A stretch of DNA of 64,000 nt from NCBI GenBank assembly GCA_951813565.1, contig OX638351.1:4192001-4256000 (forward strand). The letters are read 5' to 3'. The position numbers were made by a program, and so were the translations under genes. Source of the stretch: an uncultured Poribacteria bacterium. GTDB taxonomy: Bacteria; Poribacteria; WGA-4E; WGA-3G. The notes under the pieces were generated by a model. It made no database searches. It saw only the letters and a program-made list of their open reading frames with translations, and had not been told where the DNA came from. Shown piece after piece: positions 38,765 to 49,013 of the stretch; position 1 is the first letter of the stretch; each line of letters begins with the position of its first letter.

Positions 38765-40089
38765 TAACCCTCCGCTTCCTTCTGCCGCTTTATTTGTTCA
38801 CGGGTCATTTTAGTAAGATCACCTCTCACATTTCCAAAAAAGTTTTTCGGCCAGTTTTTGATGTTTCCGAGTTCATCTAACTCCAGAGGCTTAATTTTAG
38901 AAGTCCCGTTTTCATTCTCGCAAAAATAGAGGGCAGTCTGATCTGCAGCAATTTTTTCTTCTGCAATTCGTAATTGCAAACGAGTTAACAGGTGTTCGCT
39001 ATGGCTTTCAACCAAAACCTGTAGTTTTCGTTCGTTGACAACCTCTATCAGCAAATCAGCAAGTTGAGATTGAACCATAGGGTGGAGATGAATGCCGGGT
39101 TGTTCCAGAATTAAGGTTGAACCTACTGGGGCATAGTAACAAAGCACTAACACCGGTAAAAATTGCGCTAATCCGTATCCCATGTCAACTAACGTAACTG
39201 TTGGACTGGAGGGAGTTTTTTGAATACGGACTTCATAATTTTTTCTGTCCCCTTCACCCGTCCAATCAAGTGAAAACGTATGCGCTAAATCCATTTCTTG
39301 CAGCCAATATGAAACTCTTTCTTCAATGGGAACACCATCAGTTTCATGTGATGTTTTCATATTTCGAACGCGTGCAGAGAGGAGGGCGTTAATAGTTTGA
39401 TCTCCCCACTGTTTGATATGTTTAGGATGTCCTCCAGACCAAGAATAGCGACGCCGTGGATTCACCCGAATTGGACCTAGATAGAAAACATACAAAAACA
39501 ATTCCTCAAACGCTGATACATATTTCTGTAAAAATTTTACAGATTCCGTTGTTCCTGATGACCACTTGCCGTAGCAGTTTTCTAGTCGTATGTTAGTTTC
39601 CGTTTTATTACTACGAGGAAAAGACGCGCGTCCTTCGCTGCACACTATTTCTGCGTACCCTTTTAGGGAAGACCCATAACTGAGTTTTTCTACAATTAAT
39701 TTTCCATTTTCTACTTGAATTATACTTTCATAAGCGAATTGATCTACTTTTTGCTCCCATGGAGTACCATCTTCAGGAATATTGATGAGAGAGCGAGGGT
39801 GGGTAAGGTGACACTGAAACTCAAATGCAAGTGGCGCTACCAATTTATGCGCATGAATCACCTCACGAAAATTTCCGAGGTTGACAAGAGTATTTTCGCT
39901 CCCAAAAAAGATAACTTCCTCCGCATCCTCCTGCTCCGTTGTCTGTTTAAGCAACAACAACATCTGCAACAGACTACTCTTCCCAGAACTATTTGTCCCA
40001 AAAAAGCCTGTCAACGGTGCAAGTTCCACCTCACCGCTATCTGCCCACGATTTGAAGTTTTTCATCCGGATATGTGTAATCATTTCCAT
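38764..40089 (-). CDS. DUF3696-containing ABC/SMC-like ATPase
   Basis: NFKSW, Walker A GTNSSGKSS, YLGP.R, DMGYGLAQ, LEQPGIHLHP, VESHSEH, C-terminal G.IKNWPKNFF. Confidence 0.85.
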   Translation of the reverse strand: MEMITHIRMKNFKSWADSGEVELAPLTGFFGTNSSGKSSLLQMLLLLKQTTEQEDAEEVIFFGSENTLVNLGNFREVIHAHKLVAPLAFEFQCHLTHPRSLINIPEDGTPWEQKVDQFAYESIIQVENGKLIVEKLSYGSSLKGYAEIVCSEGRASFPRSNKTETNIRLENCYGKWSSGTTESVKFLQKYVSAFEELFLYVFYLGPIRVNPRRRYSWSGGHPKHIKQWGDQTINALLSARVRNMKTSHETDGVPIEERVSYWLQEMDLAHTFSLDWTGEGDRKNYEVRIQKTPSSPTVTLVDMGYGLAQFLPVLVLCYYAPVGSTLILEQPGIHLHPMVQSQLADLLIEVVNERKLQVLVESHSEHLLTRLQLRIAEEKIAADQTALYFCENENGTSKIKPLELDELGNIKNWPKNFFGNVRGDLTKMTREQIKRQKEAEG

Positions 40090-40286
40090 TCACCACAAAA
40101 TCAGTGTAATCTGTGAAATCCGCATAATCCGCGATTCAGGATAATTCCAGTTCTGAAAACAATATACCATTTAAGGCTTTGTAACATTTGAAACCCATAT
40201 TATGTTGAATGTTCGAGGCGCAATGAATTGCGCGACTACAAACGCTCTGAATCTAAAGAAAAGTGTTTAAATATTACTATGATCGA

Positions 40287-41474
40287 CTAATCAGCAGCGG
40301 GTGCGAAGGTTTCAGGATTCTCTGCAGCTGCATCGTAATCGTCAATTAGTTTTGTAATACTCGGGTTTTTACCGCAAAGCGGGCAATTTTCATCTCGAGG
40401 GACTTTCATTTCGCGATAGGTCATATCGAGTGCATCATAGAGGATAAGCCTACCGATAAGCGGTTCACCGATACCGATAATATACTTAATCGCTTCCGTT
40501 GCCATCATCACGCCAATTACGCCTGGGAGCACGCCCAGGACACCTGCCTCACTTCAGCTCGGGACCATGCCTGGCGGTGGTGGTGTGGGATACATGCATC
40601 GGTAGCACGGACCCTCATTCGGTTTGAAGAGGGTAACCTGACCCTCAAACTGAAAAATACTACCGTGAACAATCGGCTTATTCATAAGCACCGCAGCATC
40701 GTTAACGAGGAAACGGGTAGCGAAGTTATCGCATCCATCAACAATCAGATCGTATTCCGAGAAGATTTCTTCCACGTTGTCAGCGGTCAAACGGAGATTA
40801 TAAGGTGTAATCTCAACATCCGGATTAAGAGACTTGATAGTCGTTGTAGCGGACTGAACTTTCGGTGTGCCTACTGCCTCTGTGCGGTGCAGTATCTGAC
40901 GCTGCAGGTTGCTTAACTCCACAACATCCGAGTCTATGACACCCATGTGTCCAATGCCAGCAGCACCAAGATACACGCCAGCAGGTGAACCTAATCCGCC
41001 TGCACCGACGAGTAAGACCTTCGCATCAAGCAGTTTAGCCTGCCCGCGTTCACCGACCTCAGTGAGCATAAAATGTCTGCTATAGCGGTCAAGCTGCTCG
41101 TGCGACATCTCTTTATCTTGTGCGGTTGGTAAACCAGCAGCTGACCAATCTCGGTATCCACCTGCCATGGATACGGTATCAGTATATCCCATTTCACGAA
41201 GCGACTTTGCAGCAAGCAATGAACGGAGCCCCGCGGCACAATAGACCACAACTTTTTGGTCACGATCAGGAATATAATCTTCAACAGAAAATTCCAGCAT
41301 TCCGCGTGTGACGTGCACAGCATCAGGGATGTAGCCAGCGCGATATTCGTCTTCATCGCGAACATCCAGAAGCACAAAGTCACTGTCGTTTTCCTGCTCC
41401 GCTTTTACATCAGCAACAGTCACTTCCGGAATTTCTGTTTTTGCCTCCTCCACGATTTGTCTGTAGGATTTCAT
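40287..41474 (-). CDS. moeB: Rhodanese-MoeB/ThiF fusion (395 aa), predicted selenoprotein; in-frame TGA at 40554-40556
   Basis: Rhodanese DVR..EY..G.IP.A and CAAGLRS; RYSRH, GAGGLGS, SNLQRQ, CYRC; PS-TGA-SEAGVLGVLPG; C-terminal CPLC in the same frame; hairpin downstream of the TGA. Confidence 0.85.
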
Positions 41475-41895
41475 ATTTTGTTCTCCAAGGTTTTAGGTTT
41501 CTGTTTACGATGGTCTAATAAGTCAATAAATAGCGGAGGCTGTAATGCGAAGCTTAAAGAAAATTCGCAATCTCCGTTTCTTGCCAGTAGTGTCCAATAG
41601 TGTTATTAATCTACCCTAATTTTAAAACGATTATATCATTTTTTCCTCTCTTTGTCAACTATTTTGCGGGACATCGGTTTTTATATTTTCAGTCAATCAG
41701 ATGCTAACACAGATGGACATGCCGAGTACGGTTGTTGTCCAAAGCACTGATGGTCATCGGTCTATTAAGCGTGCAGCTTAGTTTGCAGTTTCCCGTTGAT
41801 TCCAAAATTCTGGCGAGTTAGAGTGTCTTGTAAAAGCAATTGACATTTTACTTTGGAGTATGTTAATATGTGATCATAGAGTTTGAAACAAAAAG

Positions 41896-42893
41896 GTGGT
41901 AGAAAAAGTGAACGATGGGTTTGATGAACAGGACTTATCACAAGGACCAGGCGACACTCAAGGTCCTGGTGTAGAGTTAACCACCCAACAGGTTGAAATC
42001 CATCGTAACTTGGAATCTATTGGACCTGAGATAGCTGCGTATTATCTGGATGGTATCAGGATTTTACAAAACGAAAACTTAGAAACAGCAGCAAATCTTT
42101 TGGCACATGTTGCTCGAGAAATTGACGGGGTTTAAGAGATATTTTATCTAGTGACGAAGCCAAAAGACATATACAAAGCCAACTCACAGAAGCAGTCTTA
42201 GATAAGTTAGGAAACTATCGCGAATTAAGAGACCGTAAAGGTCATATTGCTTCAATTTTGACAGCACTCGATATTGATGCCCCTGTCTCACTTTCTACCG
42301 ATGATGCCCGTGTAAATTTTGCTATCAGGTGGATAAATGTTTCTACTCAATTTCATAGATTCGCCCATCGTCACGGGGCTTGGGGGATTCCTCGGGCTAG
42401 AGAAGAATTTGAAGCTCTTTGGTATGAATTTGAGGGTGTATTGTTAAATTTAGTAGGCAGTTTTCTTGACCTGCTCAGCCGACTGGATCGGATTCGTGCC
42501 TATGAAGAACCGACAAGAGAAATAAGAAGTACTCTCCCTAATCTTTTGGGATCTGAAGAAAGACGTGCATATTTTTTAGAAAACTTGAATTCCCAACATG
42601 GTTAGAACCTTTAAAAGAGGATGGATGGTTCAATCCCGATCAAAATCCCAAGCCTCAAGAATCTTCTGATCAGTCCGGATATTACTATAGTCCCCGTTGG
42701 CATGCCCTGGAATATGTAGTGAAGATTTCTACGCATCCAGAGTGTCCAGTCAATACCCTTGTGGACATTGTTAATGCCATTACAGACGAAAGCAAGGAAC
42801 GGATCGATAACGGCCGGACAGACCTAGAAACTGTCAAAATTATTGGCAAACTTCCTATAGACCGGATAGTACCTCAACATATCGTTTTTATTG
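41896..42893 (+). pseudogene. Large helical protein gene with two frameshifts, truncated by an IS
   Basis: Three ORFs join after restoring one G at ~42128 (IDGGLRDIL) and one C at ~42593 (NSPTWLEPLKEDGWF); ends at the IS terminus 42894. Confidence 0.7.
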
Positions 42894-44123
42894 GGGTGTG
42901 TAAAGTTTTTGTAGCAACTCTGATGTCCAGAGTTGTTGCGAGTTACAATAAAAATGGGTATCCTATCCTAATAAATTCAAAAAAGGAAGAGGATACCAAT
43001 GTTTAATATATCATTAGAGAACCCAGAAGTCAAAGAGATTTTAGAAGAGATTGCTCAGGTGGCAAGTGAACTTTCGTCATCCCGTTGCATATCATTAGAA
43101 GCAGCTGAGACTTGTATGTGAGACCTGATGCTTAGAAGTGGTCAAAAGTTGCGAGGTAAATGGACGCGTCGTGTCGTAGAGCGGATGTGTTATGTTGCGG
43201 CGCATTTTGACTATAGAGCTGCTGCGAAAGCGTTGGCTTTTCAAGGGATAGAAGTGAGCCATACGATAGTGCGCGAAAAAGTGCTTGAGTGGTCATCAGA
43301 CTTGAGCGTGTCAGCACAAGTTGCACCGCAAATACTTGCGGCTAATCAGCGTTGGTATGTAAGTTGTGATGGATGCTACACCAACTCTACTGATGGATGG
43401 CAAGAGACAAAAGTCGGTTGTGTTTACAGAGATTATCCACAATGTGGTTCTGATGCGGTGTCAAGTGCGAGAGAGACAAGTATCCGTTATGTTGCAACGC
43501 GTAATGATGCAGCACATTTTGGTAAGGAGTTATATGCGTTAGCAACCAATAGTGGCATCTACCAAGAAGCTATTGATACGCAAGAGATTGTGTTTCTTGG
43601 TGATGGTGCTGCGTGGATTTGGAACTTAGCAGATGAATACTTCCCCAATGCTGTTGAGATTGTGGATTACAAGAACGCGAAATCTCATCTGTCCGATGTT
43701 GCTAAAGTTGCGTTCGGAGAGACTGAAACAGAGGCGATACAAGACTGGGTAAAAACGACAGAACCTATCCTTTATGATGGCAACATTACAGAAGTAGCCG
43801 CACGCATTCGTGGCTTAGACACACAGCACCCGGAAGTATCGGATATTTTCGAAAGAGAAGCACGGTATTTTGAAAAACACGCTGCTCGTCCGCGGTATAA
43901 AAAGTTTCGGGAAAAAGGGTATCAAATCGGGAGTGGTGTGATTGAGAGTGCCTGTCCACATGTTGTCGGACAAAGGTGTCCACAAGCTGCTATGAGGTGG
44001 AAAGAGAAAGGTATCAACCCGGTGCTTGCCTTACGGTGTTTAGTGAAAAATGGGGACTGGGACAAATATTGGAATGAACTCCCACAGGCAGCATGACACT
44101 TATAACCAAAACTTTACGCACCC
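42894..44123 (+). mobile_element. Degenerate ISKra4-like insertion sequence (transposase remnant about 42999-44096)
   Basis: TIR GGGTGTGTAAAGTTT / AAACTTTACGCACCC; CDG, GDGAAWIW, IGSGVIESAC motifs; internal stop at ~43119 and shortened N-terminus. Confidence 0.85.
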
Positions 44124-44171
44124 GAATTGCCAGCAATTCAACTTGACTTGCAACACAACAATGGTATAATT

Positions 44172-44528
44172 AACGTGAGTTTGATAATAAAATTCAATAA
44201 CCACTGTCCGTTGGGTAGAACGGAATAAACAAAAAATCGGACATAAAAGAGAGATTTTTTTCCATTTGATGCCGAAATAACAGGAAAATGAGTGAAACTC
44301 AACTTTAAATTACTTCCAAGACGGTTGAATTGTTGGGTTTCGCTTCGCTCTACTCATAGGCGTCAATTTTAGGATATATCCTATTGTGGGAGCGAATCAA
44401 CGCAGCATGCGCGTTTGGCATGCTGCCAAATCAACGCCTATAGGTTTCGCTTCGCTCTACCCAACGGACATCTACATTTAGGTCTAATTATCAAACTCAC
44501 GTTATAATATTATTATCAAACTCACGTT
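44172..44528. mobile_element. Miniature TIR element (AACGTGAG family), copy 3, with duplicated right end and nested 84-bp element
   Basis: AACGTGAGTTTGATAAT; ATTATCAAACTCACGTT ends at 44503 and again at 44528; ATAATT direct repeat; nested TAGGCGTCAATTT..AAATCAACGCCTA at 44357-44440. Confidence 0.85.
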
Positions 44529-44618
44529 ATAATTATAATGTTGTAAAAGCAGAAGCATACTTAGCATGCCACCAGTAAACTAAATAATAGACACGCTTGT
44601 GTGTCATCAAAGGAGTTT

Positions 44619-45786
44619 TATGAACATAAAAAACATCTCAACACTTACGATTGCCTTCGCAATTATTGCTATATTTGTGGGTTTATCCGGCTGTGAACGG
44701 ATTTCAAAAATGGTTGGACCTCCCACTTCTGAAATGGACGATTCAAGTGAAGAAATTACCATCGGTCTCGTTTTACCTCAAACAGGAAGACTCGCTTCCG
44801 TATTTGGAAAATACGTGGAACAGGCTTTTGAATTGGCTCTCAATGAAATTAACGACTTACAACTTGCAGGTTCGAACCTTAAGTTTATTACTATTGACGA
44901 TCAAGGCACCCCAGAGGGAGCAATTGAAGCTTATAAAAAACTGATTGAAGAAAATAACGTTTCTATTATCCTTGGACCTGCGACCTCTTCAGCGACCAAA
45001 CAGACTTTTCCTATTGCAAAAGAACATCAGATCGTCGCAATAAGCTCAACATCCGCTGCACGTGGTCTCAGTGCTATCAGTGATTTTACTTTTCGAGTCG
45101 CACTTACCACAGATGTGTTAGTCCCTCACGGTGTTGAAGTAACGCATGCTAAACTTGCTTATCAAACTGTGGCTACGTTATATGATGAAACAGATGATTT
45201 CTCTATTGACGGAGACAAAGCAGTAAAGGAAGAACTTATAGCGAAGGGAGTTAAAATTCTTGACACTGTAACATTTCAAGGTGGCGAAACAAACGATTTT
45301 ACGGAGCAGTTGACACATATAAATGCGTTAAATCCTGATGCTATCTTTGTCTCATCTTTACCGGGAGAAAAGGCTGAAATACTTCGCAAAGGTCACGAAC
45401 TTGGTATAACTGCACCATTCATCATCCGCACATTAACTGAAGCCGATGTTGAAGCTGCTGGTGAAGCAGCTGAAGGTGCTATCACATTTGTAGGGTGGGG
45501 CACTGCAGTTGATACACCAGGGAATCAAACCTTTATAGAGAAGTATACTGCAACATACGGTATTGGACCGAACAACTATGCTGCTCGTTCTTATGCCACA
45601 CTTCATATTTTGGCAGAGGCGATTGCAAACGCAAAATCTCATGATGCAGCAGATATTCGGGACGCACTTGCTAATATCAGTGATTTTGACACTGTCTTAG
45701 GCAAATTCTCATTTGACGAAAATGGGGATGCTGTTTATGAACCGAAAATCTTGATTGTCAAGGATGGTAAATTAGAACTCTTTTAG
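44619..45786 (+). CDS. Branched-chain amino-acid (LivJ-like) ABC substrate-binding lipoprotein
   Basis: LSGC lipobox, IGLVLPQTG, ILGPATS, GKFSFDENGD; ATG 44619 after AGGAG. Confidence 0.88.
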
Positions 45787-45824
45787 GAGTCTTAGTTTGG
45801 TAGGCGTGTTTTTCTGAGGCGCGC

Positions 45825-46955
45825 CTACCCAAACCGTTCTAATCGATATGGCGCGAACCAATCCACTCGCACACCATCAACAATTTCCAATGTTGCCATT
45901 TCACCCACCAAAGGTGCTAAGGTTACACCACTGTGCATTAACGCAATATACAGATTCGGCACTGCTTCAGTAAATCCGAGTATCGGAAATCCATCAAGCG
46001 GCATCGGTCGATACCCTACAGGAGTCGGAATCGCTTCGGCATCCGCTATTGCTGGCAGGTAGGCTTTGGCTTGAGCAAGGAGTGCATCAGCATGTTCCTG
46101 TGAATCATTCCGGTTTATCCCTTCTTGGGTACCCTGCCCAATTCTAAGCGTTCCATCACTTAATTGTCGCAGATGTAGGTGTTGGTAATTTTCATCTACT
46201 GGTGGTGCATGAATAACTGCGACACTTTGCAAAACTGTGGCACACGAGGTTGTTTTAATAACGATTCCTGGACTGCATTGTTGTGGTATGTGAACACCTA
46301 TAACGGATGCAAGTTCGGTAGTTTGAACGCCACTTGCCAAAACAACAACATCACACATGAATTCAGCATCAGGTGTTTTAACAGCAGCTATTTTTCCGTT
46401 GCGAATGACAAAATCTGTGACACCGGTTTCCGTATGCACAATTGCGCCAGATTCCTGCGCGCGTTTAAGGTTAACAGAAATAAATTTATCAGTCTCTACA
46501 TGGATGTCTGCTTCAGAATGCGATGCAGCCTCCACGCGACCTGGAAGTAGATCGGGTTCTAACGCCAACATCTCATCACGTGAAATGAGCCTGCACGGAT
46601 ATCCCCATGTTTGAAGTTGTCGTATACGTCTTTCTAACTGCGCTGCACGTTTAGTATTGCCCTCCCATCGCATCTCACCACCGTAATGGATACCAATATC
46701 TTCATCAAGCTGATGCGCCAACCGATACCACATATCTAAAGAACGCCGATTGAGTGTATGGTAATCTTGCGGGTCTTTCCCAAAAGCATTCACCCAGGCG
46801 AAGGAGTGTCCCGATGCCCCAGCACCAGGAATACCACGGTCAAGAACAGTTATAGCATTTCGAGGACGACGGGAGAGGTGATAGGCTAAACAAGCGCCAA
46901 TAAAACCAGCACCGACAATGACAATTTTTGTGGTTTTTGCTGATGTCATAGGCAA
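45825..46955 (-). CDS. FAD-dependent oxidoreductase (DAO/glycine oxidase family)
   Basis: VGAGFIG, GASGHSFAW, GYRPMPLDGFP, HSGVTLAP. Confidence 0.9.
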   Translation of the reverse strand: MPMTSAKTTKIVIVGAGFIGACLAYHLSRRPRNAITVLDRGIPGAGASGHSFAWVNAFGKDPQDYHTLNRRSLDMWYRLAHQLDEDIGIHYGGEMRWEGNTKRAAQLERRIRQLQTWGYPCRLISRDEMLALEPDLLPGRVEAASHSEADIHVETDKFISVNLKRAQESGAIVHTETGVTDFVIRNGKIAAVKTPDAEFMCDVVVLASGVQTTELASVIGVHIPQQCSPGIVIKTTSCATVLQSVAVIHAPPVDENYQHLHLRQLSDGTLRIGQGTQEGINRNDSQEHADALLAQAKAYLPAIADAEAIPTPVGYRPMPLDGFPILGFTEAVPNLYIALMHSGVTLAPLVGEMATLEIVDGVRVDWFAPYRLERFG

Positions 46956-47049
46956 CTTTTACATGTCGTTCCAAGAAGGACTTGCTGATTTTGAGTCAAT
47001 TGGGTATTGTCGTTGAGGTGAGAAATGCGTTGCCTTCATTAAAGGTAAA

Positions 47050-47676
47050 CTATCGATGTGCTACAACAATAAATCCTGTCAATCCAGCAAGCAACAACTG
47101 AAAGCCTGTTTGGTAAAACAGGATCAGAAAGGGTTGGCAAAGAGAAACTAAACCGAGAGCAATTAATCCAATGGAAATACGTTCACACATTACCTTCTGT
47201 GAATAGACAATCGAAAAAACAATAATACCGGGTAGAAGTAGGTATAGTGCAGTGCCACCAAGTGATGGGAAAACTGGTTGATAGAGAAAACCGATACCGA
47301 CACAAGTACAAATTGCAGATACAACCGTTGCAACACGTATAGCAGTAGTTGTCATGCCAAACGAAACTGCACTTGCAAACAATAGGTGAAACGCTGAACC
47401 GCGCAAAATTGCAGGGACAGGGAGATAAAGAAAGCCAAGTCCTATCGCTAAACCGATGCCTGATATTATACTAATTCGCAACTTATTTTCAAAAGCAATC
47501 CCTGCAAGAATTGCTGCGATGCTTAGCAGTACGAATGCAATACCCTTTATCAGTACACTGCTTTGAACTACGCGATCCGGTAACCATGATACGTTTTCCG
47601 GTTCTACATAAAGAAAAATGCTACTAATTAGAAAAAAACTGATAGCAACTAACTGATTTCGTTTCTGTTTTTCCAT
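47050..47676 (-). CDS. Hypothetical polytopic membrane protein
   Basis: About 7-8 hydrophobic segments. Confidence 0.7.
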   Translation of the reverse strand: MEKQKRNQLVAISFFLISSIFLYVEPENVSWLPDRVVQSSVLIKGIAFVLLSIAAILAGIAFENKLRISIISGIGLAIGLGFLYLPVPAILRGSAFHLLFASAVSFGMTTTAIRVATVVSAICTCVGIGFLYQPVFPSLGGTALYLLLPGIIVFSIVYSQKVMCERISIGLIALGLVSLCQPFLILFYQTGFQLLLAGLTGFIVVAHR

Positions 47677-47712
47677 AGATTTTAATAACAAATTAGCATA
47701 ATGGGTAGGTGT

Positions 47713-48144
47713 TCAATCACCAATTTTGAAAAATCGCTCTTTCCAAGTTTTCGGTTTTTCTTCTTGTAAGCTGTTAATCTGTACCCGCAAATCAGCTCTT
47801 TCCTCTTGAAGGGATTTTACTTTTTCTTGAAGTTCAGCGATTTCTGTTTCCAATTTTTCGTTATTTTCACGAAGATAGGCAATGTGCACAATTTGGCAAA
47901 TAAGGTTTTCTATTATCTCATTTGTTGGTATATTATAACTAAGTTGTGTTATCAATGGTGCTAAACCATCAATCCTTAACTGTAGAATCGCCTTCGGTTC
48001 CGCTCCCTCTTCTTCTGGAGGGGCAGAAACAGTACGCAGAAAAGGTTCAATCTCTGCATGTTTCCGCTCCAATGTCTGTTTTATAATTTCCTCATCAACA
48101 CCGATCACTTCGGCAACATCAGAAGGATTCAAATAAAGTTCCAT
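47713..48144 (-). CDS. Hypothetical coiled-coil protein, possible N-terminal HTH
   Basis: YLNPSDVAEVIGV, heptad repeats, KTWKERFF tail. Confidence 0.65.
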   Translation of the reverse strand: MELYLNPSDVAEVIGVDEEIIKQTLERKHAEIEPFLRTVSAPPEEEGAEPKAILQLRIDGLAPLITQLSYNIPTNEIIENLICQIVHIAYLRENNEKLETEIAELQEKVKSLQEERADLRVQINSLQEEKPKTWKERFFKIGD

Positions 48145-48213
48145 CTTTTATTTCCTAACCTATTTATTTGCTTTTTTGATGCTGATTTTTACCACATCAC
48201 TTGTGTAAAAACA

Positions 48214-48861
48214 TCAACTCTTGTTATGCGTTTGATGTGCAGCATTTGTTTGAATTGAATCCAGTTTTAGCATACGAAACATGTGCCGTGCATAACTTAC
48301 CGTTGAGATTACGACAAAAACCAGTGCAACGCAGAGCATAAGAAAATCAAGCCACTCTGGGAATAGGTGTGGTCGTATTGGACGAATAAGGTAAAGTATC
48401 ACTGCGATTGACAAAGAGAAACTTGTGCATTTGCCCCACCAATTTGAACGCGTAATCATTTTTGCCTTATAAGCCAGATACGCGTTGCCCAACACAATTG
48501 CCACGTCTCGGAAAATCACCGCAGCGAATGCCCATATCGGAAAAGTAGAATTTGATAACACAAGTGCAAAAATTCCCGCACCAATAGCAAACTTATCCGC
48601 AACGGGATCAAGAATATAACCGAGTTCTGAATGTTGATTCAACACTCGCGCAAAGAACCCATCCAACAGATCCGATACAACTGCGATACCTCCTACCACA
48701 ATAGCGAGCTTATAACTTTTACGGTAAATTAACCAAAAAAGAACAGGCACTATCAGCAGCCTAAATGCTGAGATGAGATTGCTTACATATAAAAAATCTC
48801 TTCCTGAGATATGGATCGTCCGAGTTTCAGTGAATTGGTGAATAGGAGCCTTAAGTGCCAT
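48214..48861 (-). CDS. CDP-alcohol phosphatidyltransferase family protein
   Basis: NLISAFR, SDLLDGFFARVLNQ.SELG..LDPVADK. Confidence 0.9.
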   Translation of the reverse strand: MALKAPIHQFTETRTIHISGRDFLYVSNLISAFRLLIVPVLFWLIYRKSYKLAIVVGGIAVVSDLLDGFFARVLNQHSELGYILDPVADKFAIGAGIFALVLSNSTFPIWAFAAVIFRDVAIVLGNAYLAYKAKMITRSNWWGKCTSFSLSIAVILYLIRPIRPHLFPEWLDFLMLCVALVFVVISTVSYARHMFRMLKLDSIQTNAAHQTHNKS

Positions 48862-49013
48862 GAATCTCTTTGACCTACCGGTGTCATACACACCAATGTT
48901 AACACTATTAAAAACCGTTTTATATAATAATTTCGCACCGACTATACGCTAAGATGCGTATTCTTAAATGCTAAAATCACCTATCATTAAAAACGTGTTC
49001 TGCTAATCGATCA

